A stretch of 62,274 nt of DNA, counting the filler. It is 11 parts of 11 records of this genome, joined end to end, with 100 filler letters (N's around TTAATTAATTAA, not from the genome) between each part and the next. Parts side by side here need not be neighbours in the genome. Positions count along the whole stretch, not along the records: positions 9,670 to 14,668 come from SRR7504441_2431; positions 14,769 to 21,076 come from SRR7504441_2440; positions 21,177 to 28,177 come from SRR7504441_2454; 8 more parts are not named here. The stretch is one strand, 5' to 3'. The notes below the pieces were generated by a model, which worked only from the letters and a program-made list of their open reading frames with translations, was not told the DNA's origin and ran no database searches. Below, one piece after another: positions 10,974 through 21,377 of the stretch. The translations under genes and the position numbers were made by a program. Within the stretch, counting starts at the first letter, position 1; the number at the start of each line of letters is the position of its first letter.

Positions 10974-12347
10974 TCACGTGGCATTCCGGATGAGCTGCGC
11001 GATGTTGACGCAGCTCCGCATCCGTTGACTCAACTCTTCGTATTCAGCCTCGTTCCGAAAGTTTTTCCGCCGCCGCTCGAAATCTTTGAAGCTGGCCTCC
11101 GCAACCTCGCTTGCCGACCGGTTCTTCACGTCACGACAGGTGAGGTCTGCCCTCGAGGACAAAAGCAGCCTGACGACGTCCTCCCGTCCATTAGCGCTAG
11201 CAAAGAACAATGCCGACCAATTGTTCTTGTCTTGCCACTCCAGCCCAACCCGCTGCCCCAGCAGCCACTCCACCACAACCGCCGAGCCGCTCCCGGCCGC
11301 GCTGCACAGCACCGATGCGGATCCGTTGGTGCTGTCCAGCCGGGCTCGAGCCTCCACCAGTGCCTGGATCACGCTGAGGTTGCCACGACCCGCAGCATAG
11401 TGCACGGCCTGCAGCCCCGCGTGGTTGACAGCGGACACATCTGCCCGCGCGGCCAGGCAGAGCCGCACGATCTCGAGGGAGCCGCCCAGCGCTGCGGCCA
11501 TCAGGGGTGAGTCACCCGATCTGGTCGGCAGGTTGGCGCTGGCTTTGGCAGTCAACAGTACCCTGACCACCGCAGGTTGGTGCACCAGGCTGGCCCGTAT
11601 CAGCGGCGTCTCGCCCTTGCCGTCCCGGCTCATTGTGTTTACACAGGCGCCTCGCTCTAACGCCTGCCGCACGGCCGCTGAATGACCTCGTTTGGAACTG
11701 GAGAGCAACAGGGTGTTTGCAGTCTCCCGCTCTTGAGCGCAGGCTAGGCACAGGTCGTACCGGCACTGGCCACAGTGCCACCCGCCCAGCCGCTCCAGTC
11801 CCACCCGCCGGCACCGATCGCAGGCAGGGCTGCCCCGATAGGTCTGCGGCCTGCCTTCGCCCAGGCTGGTCATTGGGTGTGCGCTCGGACACAGCGGCGC
11901 AACAGCAGTCGGCGAGGTTGCTGGCCCACGCGACTGCTCCAACGCCTTAGCCAGCGCGGCCCAGGGCGACTCGGGCTCCTCCATGCCCAGCGTGGCCGCC
12001 CCGCGCTGCCCAAAGTGCGCAGCCAGCGCCGGGCGCGACGGGTAGGCGTATTGGGCCTGCTGCCCAGCCGGAAGGCGCTGCCGCGCTGGAGGCTGCCACC
12101 GCTCTGATGCGCTGCTGCGACCGCTTGCCAGTCGCCTGGATGAACGGGATGGCTTCCGCGCCCGGCGCCACTGCACAAACGGTGTGAGCGCCCCAGGCCG
12201 CCCCTCCAGGGCAGGCCGCCTCTCGGGGGGTGCGCCGGGGGGCGGGTGGTCCCAAGGGCAGTGGCCGAGCTCCTCCCACCGACGGCAGCTCCCCCGCTTG
12301 AGATACGACGCGCAAACAGCAGCTCCCTGGTTGCGCGGCGGTACCAT
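10974..12347 (-). CDS. CCCH zinc finger + ZZ-type zinc finger + ankyrin-repeat protein
   Basis: CASYLKRGSCRRWEELGHCPWDH (CCCH), CDRC...WHCGQCRYDLCLAC (ZZ-like), and about 6 ANK repeats (GETPLIRAS, GDSPLMAAA, AVHYAAGRG, WSALFFASANG). Confidence 0.8.
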   Translation of the reverse strand: MVPPRNQGAAVCASYLKRGSCRRWEELGHCPWDHPPPGAPPERRPALEGRPGALTPFVQWRRARKPSRSSRRLASGRSSASERWQPPARQRLPAGQQAQYAYPSRPALAAHFGQRGAATLGMEEPESPWAALAKALEQSRGPATSPTAVAPLCPSAHPMTSLGEGRPQTYRGSPACDRCRRVGLERLGGWHCGQCRYDLCLACAQERETANTLLLSSSKRGHSAAVRQALERGACVNTMSRDGKGETPLIRASLVHQPAVVRVLLTAKASANLPTRSGDSPLMAAALGGSLEIVRLCLAARADVSAVNHAGLQAVHYAAGRGNLSVIQALVEARARLDSTNGSASVLCSAAGSGSAVVVEWLLGQRVGLEWQDKNNWSALFFASANGREDVVRLLLSSRADLTCRDVKNRSASEVAEASFKDFERRRKNFRNEAEYEELSQRMRSCVNIAQLIRNAT

Positions 12348-12569
12348 TGCGGCAACGGACTTATGCGGGCCAACACTCGGTTGATTGCGGATTGTCACTG
12401 CGCATACACTGCGCATTGCGCGCAGTGTACTAGTAACGAGTACTAAGCGAGTACCGGGCCGCCTAGCGCCCGGATGATTACGGTATAGATAGGATAAATC
12501 TAGGCTCAGTCTGTGTTTTGGAGTATAATTTTGGTTACGTTTGCGAGTAAAGAAAGAGAGAATACATCG

Positions 12570-14340
12570 CTACGCATACAAATGCGCCTGGCGGCCAATC
12601 GTCCTGCGCGTCGCCTCAAGAAGTGCAGGGTCGTCGTCGTGGTCAGTAGCATTCCGCACCAGCCGCTCCACGGCCGCCGCCCGGATCTTAGCCGGGACCA
12701 TCCGGAGCATCTCGAGATCCTCAAGCGCGTCCCGGATCTGCTCGAGCCTCGAGCTTGAGATCGGCCCATCGGGCCCCGGATACATGTAGTAACCTGCCAC
12801 CCGTGAGCACCAGTCCGGACGGGGCCGGGTAACCGTCGCCATTCACCCAGAAGTCGTAGAGCTTGTCGCTGCACCAGATGATCGAGGCCGGGTCGAAGTC
12901 GGTCAGGAAGCTCCCGTTGATCCGACGCATCACGCTCCTCGGCCGGCGCTGCCACTCATGCGGCGACTCCGGGCAGTTCTTCCAGAGATTGGTGGCCCAG
13001 TAAAGCCAGCCCTGCACGTTCTGCGTAGCAGCCAACCAAAAGAGCAGCCGAGCTTGTATCAGAGGCCTCTCTATGAATATGTTCAGATAGTCAGCCCCGC
13101 TAGGCTCAATGCAGTGGTAGAGGTACATCTTTCGGTCGCGCCCCATCACGGTTGAATTCACCCACGCGTCGGCGGTAGTATGGTTGTAGTACTGATACTG
13201 AAGCACCCAGCCAGTCAGTGGCATGTCCAGCGGCATTCCTCCATCGCTCGGGTGGCTCCCGGTGGACCCGTTGTTGCCCTTGGAGCCGGCCCAGTTGAGC
13301 GCGGCCATTGTGCCGCCCAGCTCGGGGTACTCGGCCACGGGGTACTGTTCCAGGAAAGCTCCGAACGCCTTCCGAATCGACTTTTCACAGGATCGCGGCC
13401 GCTCATCGAACCCATAACCAAACAGACTCGCGCCCGACACGTTCCGTGCCGCACGCACCGTGGCGGCCATGCCTGCAGCCGCGCTTTGGGCCGCCGAATC
13501 GGTGCAGCTGGAGCAGTTGCAGCCCTCCAGGTGGATGCCGGCTTCAAGCATGCCAGTCTTGCCACTGAGGAAGGAGCCCGAGCTGCCGGGCGCCCAGGCG
13601 GCGCTGTCGATGGGGGGCAGTCGGTGCTCCTCCATGAAGGTCCACCACTGGAGCGCGAGCCGGTCCATCGGGAGATCGGGGTAGTACGGCGCCAGCAGGG
13701 CAGACGAGAAGTGCCAGTCGTGCTGCACAGAGGCCTCGGCTGTAGTGGGCACTGTCACCGGCCAGACCTCCAGGACTACCGGCAGGCTGGCCGCCACCGC
13801 CCCATCCACGCTCACGTTCAGCACCCCTCGGTACTCTTGCCCCTCGGGCGCTGGCGCCGCGCCGCGTGGCACTTGGACAGTGAGCCAGATCGGCTGGCTC
13901 CAGCCGGGCTGGGTCGGGAGCGTGATGCTGCCGTCGGGCATCGGGTCGAGCAGCGGGTCCGGCCGCCAGCACGAGCCATCCTGGTTGGCCCCGGGGCATC
14001 CGGAGTCGGCATAGCGGCTGGTGTGTCTGGTGAACACGAAGCCTTGCTGCCGCCAGCGCAAAAGCCGGCTGGGAATCACCGCGCCGCTGGGGGCGACCAG
14101 GTCCCCGAACTGCAGCGCGAGCTTGCGTCCGAGGCCCGAGCTGGACGGCCGGACCAGGATCTGAGCTGATTCGAACTCGCCCCGCTGCGCGGCCCAACTG
14201 ACGCCTCGGGCGGGGGCTGGCTGGTCGGCGCAGCTGTGCGAGAAGTTGAGGTGCCGCGTGGCCGGCAGCACGCAGAGCTCCTGCAATGGAGAGCCCGACA
14301 CCGCGCCCAGCATCAGCAGCACGCCTGTTGAGAGCCTCAT
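12570..14340 (-). CDS. Secreted DUF4091 / GH123-like glycoside hydrolase
   Basis: Signal peptide MRLSTGVLLMLGAVSG; AQRGEFESAQI, WRPDPLL, QPIWLTVQVP, YGFDER, QARLLFW, GWLYWATNLW. A 40-nt intron restores NGDGYYMYPG-SSRLEQIRDALEDLE, the DUF4091 C-terminal signature. Confidence 0.82.
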
Positions 14341-14356
14341 CGATGCTTTTGATGAG

Positions 14357-14668
14357 ATGGCCTCTCTTCGTTCCGATTTTTTCGCGGAATCCGCGCGGCG
14401 GGATCGCCTGATGGGGTGCGACTTCTCCCGGGTCTGCGAGTCGCCGGAGGTCGAGTCCGTGCGGGTGACGTCGACAGACGCGACCGAGTGCGCACTGACC
14501 AGTCCACAGCCGGCCAGTGCGCACTCGGTCGCTACCTCGGCCGAACCCGCTGCTTCCGCTAGCACGGTTACGCCTCCTTCCAAGGCTCCCGCTGCCGAGG
14601 CTCCTGTGAAGGCAGCTGCGCCAAAGGCGTCCGTCGCGGCACCTGCTGCTCACACGCCGGCACCTGCC
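14357..14668 (+). CDS. Possible 5' fragment of an A/P/S/T-rich protein, cut by contig end
   Basis: Open frame from ATG 14357 to the linker; low complexity; divergent from the DUF4091 gene. Confidence 0.35.
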
Positions 14669-14768
14669 NNNNNNNNNNNNNNNNNNNNNNNNNNNNNNNN
14701 NNNNNNNNNNNNTTAATTAATTAANNNNNNNNNNNNNNNNNNNNNNNNNNNNNNNNNNNNNNNNNNNN
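14669..14768. other. Artificial contig linker
   Basis: N44-TTAATTAATTAA-N44. Confidence 0.99.
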
Positions 14769-15338
14769 AAGCGGAACAAGCAGCCTGCCCAGCCAAGCAA
14801 CGAGCCGGCCACTCCGCATCAGATCACGATGGGCAGCGTTGAAGCCGTCATGAACCCGATGCATGGCCAACACATGAAGATGCAGCAGTAGCTATCTCGC
14901 GTCTGGATGCAATCAGTTGACTCTCAAGCTACAGACACTGGCATACGATGACAAAGCACCGGTCTGTGATGACATACTTGATGTTTATCGATACTTGATG
15001 TTGTCGAGTGGAGTGCACCCTCAATGACGAACGAGCCAGATTAGAGCCAGATGATAGATGTACAGTAATCAAAAAGCCAATTGCATGAAGCTATATGAAT
15101 AATATTATGGTCCCTCGAAAGTAAGGATTTTGGAATTTACCGATTTACGATCGAGGCCTATTAACATTACATGTACATGTACATCATGAATTGACACGCG
15201 TACATTCAATTAAAATGAATTCAGTACAATTTACATCAAAGACTAATCAAAGACATTGAAGGACAGGAAATAATTGATTAGCGACCGCCGCCGCAGCCGC
15301 AGCTGTGGGCAACCCTGTAAAGTAATTAGTTCCTAGAT

Positions 15339-17958
15339 CTAGATTCGACTGGTGATTAGTCTCCGGTCCTCCATGTGACGGACGAGTGCTGCAAACAGAG
15401 CCGGTCAGGGGTACAGTCGACAGGAGGTGCGAAATGGGAGCAAGCACTTGACTAGCTGCCCAAGCATCAAGTAGGTGCAGAGCTAGGCTGCTAGTGGGGA
15501 GTTGCGGGTAATTCAGGCACCAGCAACATCCGAGTTCCGGTCAACAAGCATCGTATCCACAGAGCCCACCTGCAGCCGAATCTGAGCCGGGCTCCGGATC
15601 CGGATTTACCATCCAGAGCACTCGCTGGGCACGAGTAATGGCAACATTCAATCGGCGGAAATCGCGCAGGAAACCAATACTCCGCTCAGTCCGGACAAAA
15701 GAGATGATCACCACGTCGCTCTCGCCGCCCTGCACAGCCAGTGAGTGGGATGCGCTCGCAAGTGGGGTGCCTGGAATCCGTCGACAGTGCCAGTTTTGAC
15801 GTCATGGACGCCGTCCCTGGCAAGCGCGTCCCCAATCGCATCCACCTAACCACAACTGATACGGCCACACCCAAATGATCACCTGGCCAGAATAGAAAGT
15901 GATCACTGCCACAGCCCTGGCTCCCATCCGCTGGGCCCTGGCTGCAAGCCTGGCCACTGCTCGCGCCTCCTCGTGATTGGCAAATGAATGGCCTCGCGAT
16001 GTTTCGCGCCCCTCGCGCGAGGTGTCGTACCACAGGTAGCGGTCATCAGGCTCCCTCCACGGCTCGAGATCAAAGGCCGCGTCGATCAGCTCACCGTTAT
16101 AGAATCGGTTGGACGGGAATTCTGAGATGGCCGGATGCATCCTGTACTGCTCGCGCAGCATGATCCAGCCGGACCGGTCCATTGTGGCCATCAGCCGAGC
16201 CATCACGGAGCGCTCCAAGGCCGGAGCTGCGTGCTGGGACAGGATGGTGGCCGGCAGCTGATTTGGGTCGCCCACCAGCGCGATCATTTGCGGGTTGCTC
16301 GCCTGGACTGCAATCAGCACCTCGGGCTCGACTGCTTGGGCTGCTTCATCCACAATCAGCATGTCCGCAGAAAGCGATGCGGCCTGCTTGAAGCTGGCCC
16401 GGCCAGCTGTAGCCAGCGTGCAGAAGACCACGGATGAGTGCTTGATCAGCTCAAGCTCAATGGCACTTGCCGCTGATGCGCTGCTCACAGTCATGTCGAT
16501 CGCGCGGGCACAATCAACTGCAAGCTCAGTCACTGAAGCCACAGTGGCATCCAGCCATGCTCCCGAGTACTGCTGTTCGATCGCAGCCGCTACTGCGCCC
16601 TCCGCGTTGCTCCATAGCCCAGCGCATGCGGGTTTCCATAGAGCGAATGGGCAGCTCGTCTTAATCAGCTGCATCTGGGCAGCCAACGTCTGAAGGCCCT
16701 GCAGGCTCGGATGCCTTTGAAGCTCCGCGACAGTGTACCGGATTCCAGCGGCTTGCGAGGTGGCCCACTGCTGGCTCCACACTTGTTGAAGCTCCGGGCA
16801 TGCCTCCTCCATCGCAGCAGTATATGTTACGAGCACTGCGGCAGCCCACGGCTCCTTTTTAACAAAGCGCTCAGCCAGCTGCTGGATCGCCTGGTTTGAA
16901 GGGCTGCACACCAGCAGCCGCCGGCCGTTGGCGATTGCTGTCTGGATCATTGCCACCACGCAGTGCGTCTTGCCAGTCCCTGGAGGGCCTTGCACTAGCA
17001 CCAGTCCTGTGCCATCCCGCCCGGCGCAGCTCACTGCACGCCTCTGCTCCGTGTTTAGCTCCGCTCGTTCGACTGCCGGCCCGAGCTGCAGCCTGATTCG
17101 GCCGTCTCCGAACAGCTGGTCCACCGCCTGGGCGGGGGCGCGGCCGGCCTCTAGCAGCGCCTGGTACATCCTTCCATGCGAAGTCAGCGAGCCGAGCATC
17201 TCTAGTTGAATCCTGGCGCCCGGCCTGAGCGAATCAACAGGTATCACCGCTTCCACCACCGCTGAGCTCGGGTTCCGGTGCACGCACAGACCAACTACCG
17301 AGCCGTTGCCGTTCGGGCTGCGCAGCAGCACAGCAGTCCCAGTGTCGAGCCCGTTCACTACCGGAATCACAAGCTGGGCAGGCTCGTGCAGCCCAGCCCA
17401 CTTCCCCATCGCGGCCCCAGGAGTGGCCGAGATCAGCTCCACTGTGCTCTTCTGCCGGGCCTCCATCCCGGCCTGCAGCGCGGCTCTCGCCTCCTCGAGC
17501 ACCACCGGCCGCCACCAGGCCGAGTACCCAGCGGCGTCGGCGTAACTGAGCGGCGGCGTGGTGACCGGACAGGCTGGGTACTCCGCCTTGAGCTCGCGCA
17601 CAGTCCAGTGCAGCACTCGCAGCCTGAAGGGAGCCTCCTCGGCCGACATTGGGTTGAGGAGCATTGCAGCCGCCTGCACGTGCTCCCGCTCCAGCCGCTG
17701 CTTCATCTCCTGCCCACGGCTCAGTCCGCCCGAACCGGCCGCACCCGGCGAGTCTCATTGCTCCCGGCTGCCTTGCGCTTCTTGCAGGTCTCGATCTCCT
17801 GCTCGCCCAGAGCCATCGCCACGTTCTTCTTGTGCCTCAGGCCCTCCAGGTGCTTGTCGTGCTGTATGAGGTCGCGCGAGGTCACGTTGCACACGTTGCA
17901 CCGATAGAAAGGCTGCCGCCCCAGTCACAACCCCACCGCCCCCCACCGCCCGCACCAT
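15339..17958 (-). CDS. Sen1/senataxin-like SF1 helicase with N-terminal U1/matrin-type C2H2 zinc finger
   Basis: Spliced N-terminus MPFYRCNVCNVTSRDLIQHDKHLEGLRHKKN. Helicase motifs PVVLEEARA, LNTEQRRAV, LVQGPPGTGKT, CSPSNQA, IVDEAAQ, VGDPNQLP, QYRMHPAI, TVDGFQ|GGESD (GC-AG intron 15730-15770), RRLNVAITRA. Ends ...ALVRHMEDRRLITSRI* at 15339. Confidence 0.85.
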
Positions 17959-18427
17959 GATGCGACCCCGCCTGCTCTCCACACACCGCCCGGGGCACGA
18001 TTATTGCCCCGGCTTGCTCGGGAGTGGGCTGGGATCGGAGTTGCGGCAGTTGCCTGATGACCTGATCATGAACATGTGCCTGCAATACCATCAGTGGCGT
18101 CCAGCCATCCGCATCTTGCACGTCCAGCAGTGTCTCCGCCACCATCAGCGCATCAGCCCCAGCGCCCCCACGCATTCGCGCCATGGCCAGCTTAGCCAGC
18201 TTTTCGCTCGAGCTCGCCGCCTCGTCTCGCGCGCTCTCCGGCCGTGCTACTCCCTACCCACCGGAAGTTTGGCCGCCCTCCCGCGCGAGGGCGACGAGCC
18301 GCCCCAATGCAGCGGCACCGTGGCACTGTCCCAAGCCGCGAGAAATCATCGGGTCGTTGGGTGCTTCAAAGCCAGGCCGGCCGAGATTCAGTTGCCTAAT
18401 CTTGGAAACGCCGGCGAGACAGGTGGC

Positions 18428-19270
18428 ATGGCACCGCTAACCCTGCAGCGCCGGCCTTCGAATCTGGGGCTCAACCCGATGCTTTCCCGGACGGGCTCTG
18501 GGTTGCAGCTGGATGACCTGCTGTCCGATCTGACCCCGTCACAGCTGGTGCTCAGCCGGGCCGGTAGCCGCAGCGAGCAGCTCGGGCTGAGTGGAGGCCG
18601 CCTGGGCCCAAGCCTGAGTCGGGCCGGCAGCCGGCTCTCACTCAGCCGGGCGGGGAGCAAGTTTGAAGCTGGGGCGCTGCCGCTCAGCCGGGCGGGGAGT
18701 ACCGACCTGCTGAACATGTTCATCAGCGAGGAGCTTCTGTTCGGGCTAGAGCCCGCCGGCCCGCACACTCTCTCCAGGGTGAGCTCGCGCGACGCCGACC
18801 GGCTGCTTCCTCCTGTTCCCCAGGGAATCTTCAGCGAGGCGGCACTGGCCCAACTCGATCCGATCAGACAGGCAACCGACCAGGCTATCCTGGCCAACTG
18901 CCGCCCGGAGATCGAAGACAGCGCGCTCGGACAGCCTGAAGCCCAATGGAAGCTCGCGGGCAATAAACGTGCCCGCAGTTTCAGTCATGCAGCCGAGCTG
19001 GCACAGCGACCGGCCCAGGCTGTTTGCTGCGGCTACCCTGGTATCGATGACACCCCCGCATTTGGATTGCTCCCTGACCTATCCGACGAGCTCCCGAATG
19101 CATGCCAGGATGGCGATGAGTGGGAAGGCAAGAGGATAGTGATGAAGAAGGGCAAGTATGCCGGTCGGGGAGCATTTGTGAAGGAGCGAGTGAATAAGAA
19201 ATACCGCGTGGCCATCGATGGTGTGGCCATGAAATTAGAGTTCTATTCGTCTAGCTTCTTGCACATTTAA
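18428..19270 (+). CDS. Protein with tandem LSRAGS motifs and a C-terminal KOW/SH3-like motif
   Basis: Six LSR[A/T/V][G/S]S repeats; C-terminal GKRIVMKKGKYAGRGAFVKERVNKKYRVAIDG resembles KOW. Start uncertain (frame is open from 17957). Confidence 0.6.
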   Translation: MAPLTLQRRPSNLGLNPMLSRTGSGLQLDDLLSDLTPSQLVLSRAGSRSEQLGLSGGRLGPSLSRAGSRLSLSRAGSKFEAGALPLSRAGSTDLLNMFISEELLFGLEPAGPHTLSRVSSRDADRLLPPVPQGIFSEAALAQLDPIRQATDQAILANCRPEIEDSALGQPEAQWKLAGNKRARSFSHAAELAQRPAQAVCCGYPGIDDTPAFGLLPDLSDELPNACQDGDEWEGKRIVMKKGKYAGRGAFVKERVNKKYRVAIDGVAMKLEFYSSSFLHI

Positions 19271-19539
19271 TAATTATTGGTGGCATTGATTTTGCATAAA
19301 TTTTAAATAAATTCTTTTTCTATGTACTAGTTCTTCTGTGTAATAACGATCATATGTAGTCTTTTGAAATAAAAGATACTCCTCCGCACTTCTGTTTGAT
19401 CTCTCTTTTTTTCTCTCGAGCACTGCGTGTTTGTACAATAGCTCCGATTCGCTCAAGCCAAACTATGCCGATCAGGCGCTTGACGATCTTGGCTGGACCC
19501 GATTGATGATTGTTGCTGAATTTTGAACTCATTTCATCT

Positions 19540-21076
19540 TCAAAACAGTCGATATCTAGTTGTCCGTAGGTAACAAGCCGCAAGAATTAGAGCAAATGCA
19601 ACCAACAAGCAAACCAGCACTTCAGGGATGAGAGGCAAGCAAACTAGTAAGCCAAATACAACTAGTGTCCAAGTGCGGATCTGTGCCTCCAGTTCTCCTA
19701 TCTCGGTCAAAATATGCGCAATGCTGTGGACTAGCCATCGGTCCCACAGGTTTGGTAGCGCACAGGTCTGTGCAGAGACACTGAGCGCCGGTCTTGTGTT
19801 ATCGGCAGGAGCAAGATTAGGGTTGCTTGCAGCTTCAGCACTACCCTCTTCTCTTTCACTTGGATCGTCGACTTCCATGTCTATGCATGGCTCGTTCCAA
19901 CCCACATTGACTACAACACGTGGATGCTTTGTCCACCGCAAATATGCGGTGGTGAGCCAATGGCGGCGTAGATACTGCTGAGCCTGCCGCAGCGCATGGT
20001 CTTCAAGCTGGAACCGAATTTGATGGGCTCTCCAGTGATTTATGCTTGCCATCATAGTACCAAGAGCACGGTGTGCAATGCTGTCACGTACAGCCTGCCG
20101 CAGATCTACTGAACACCGATGACAAACAAGGAACGTAGACAAAGCAACATTGGTTGCCTGTCGGTTGTAGAATTGAGCAGCCATACGGGATTTCGTCAGC
20201 CAGGATGCTCGACTGCTGATTTCCCCTCTCCAACCTTTGAGACTTGTCATCATTGACGAAACATGGAAATGATGGTTTGCTTTCTGATTGTCGAGTGCCT
20301 GCTTAACCTGTTCTCCAGTCCCGCAGATCCACACCTGCCATGCTTTATATGCGCCGCCTTGCAAATTCCAATGCTCTCTGAGACGCATTGGCCCGACATT
20401 CTTGACCTGACTTTGATTTCCGCATGAGGCATTCTTGTGAACTGCGGACCACTTGCAAAAGGCTGCCTTTAGCTCACAAAAGGTTCGGCAAAATATTGCT
20501 CTGAGCATCATACTTTCCCTGTATGCCAAAGCTGCAGTACAGCCCAACAATGATAGGAGCGCACTTCGCAGAAGACGGCGATCAGCATGAAACGCACCAG
20601 ACCGGAGGGAAATATCCATCAAACAGCAGACCGGAGTTTGTTTTCTCCACAAGCAGAGGCAACTCCGCAGCCGCCATGAAAATATCGGACTCTGCGATGC
20701 TGGTAGCATCTTCTTCATATTTACATAGAACTCCCGCCACTGAATCCATCTCAGTTGAGTCTGAGCTGTCTCATAATGTTCCATTGTGTGATGCGTCTGT
20801 AAGACTGATAGCTTGCATTCTCTGTAGTGACGCTTCCAACTTAACCACGATCTCTTCCGCGCATCTGAAATCCCCCGACGAAGGTGTGAGGACGCCGTGC
20901 TAATCCGATCGCTTGTCAAGTCTTGCCATGTGGAGAAAGTCAATCTCAGATTGAGCGACGACCAGTTTATGACAGCAGACTTGAGCAACGCATTGAGGTA
21001 ATGGTTCACGAAGAGGAAACGCCGCCACCTGGCTAGGATTCCGCTGTACCAGTGAACCATTGCCAGTCCAAAAGCT
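19540..21076 (-). CDS. Sfi1-repeat-like (Trp-periodic helical) protein with C-terminal hydrophobic segment, 5'-truncated
   Basis: Recurring A..H/F.....L...F..W pattern (AMRWR-type units such as TFSTWQ, SWLSWK, AFCKWS, AYKAWQ, SINHWR, AYLRWT). C-terminal LVVFGLLVCLPLIPEVLVCLLVAFALILAAC. Confidence 0.55.
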
Positions 21077-21176
21077 NNNNNNNNNNNNNNNNNNNNNNNN
21101 NNNNNNNNNNNNNNNNNNNNTTAATTAATTAANNNNNNNNNNNNNNNNNNNNNNNNNNNNNNNNNNNNNNNNNNNN
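21077..21176. other. Artificial contig linker
   Basis: N44-TTAATTAATTAA-N44. Confidence 0.99.
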
Positions 21177-21377
21177 TGGGGCGTTCGTCTTAGATTTTAG
21201 GTCCGGTAGTCACGTACGAACGACTCCGAAATGTCCGAATTATTGCATAGTTACATGTATGATTGTAAGCTGCCATCTAACCCTCTTGCCAATTGGCCTC
21301 CCGTAGACTCCACCTGGGGGAGCTGAACACCGCGCACAGGAGGAGAGCGTGCAGTTCCGTTACGATTGGCCAGCGGC

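Noticed and set aside
9774-11510. Long antisense or alternative-frame ORFs (e.g. 9774-11510 +, 13180-14169 +, 44504-45670 +, 48030-48896 +)
   Set aside because: Shadow ORFs of GC-rich coding sequence; R/P/A-rich, without motifs, and overlapping better-supported genes.
2858-12835. Short direct repeats at some intron ends (AGGTAC at 2860/2895, CAGGCGC at 4504/4539, GGTTAC in the DUF4091 intron) suggesting introner transposons
   Set aside because: Intron bodies are not similar to each other, I see no terminal inverted repeats, and AG|G on both sides is expected from splice-site consensus.
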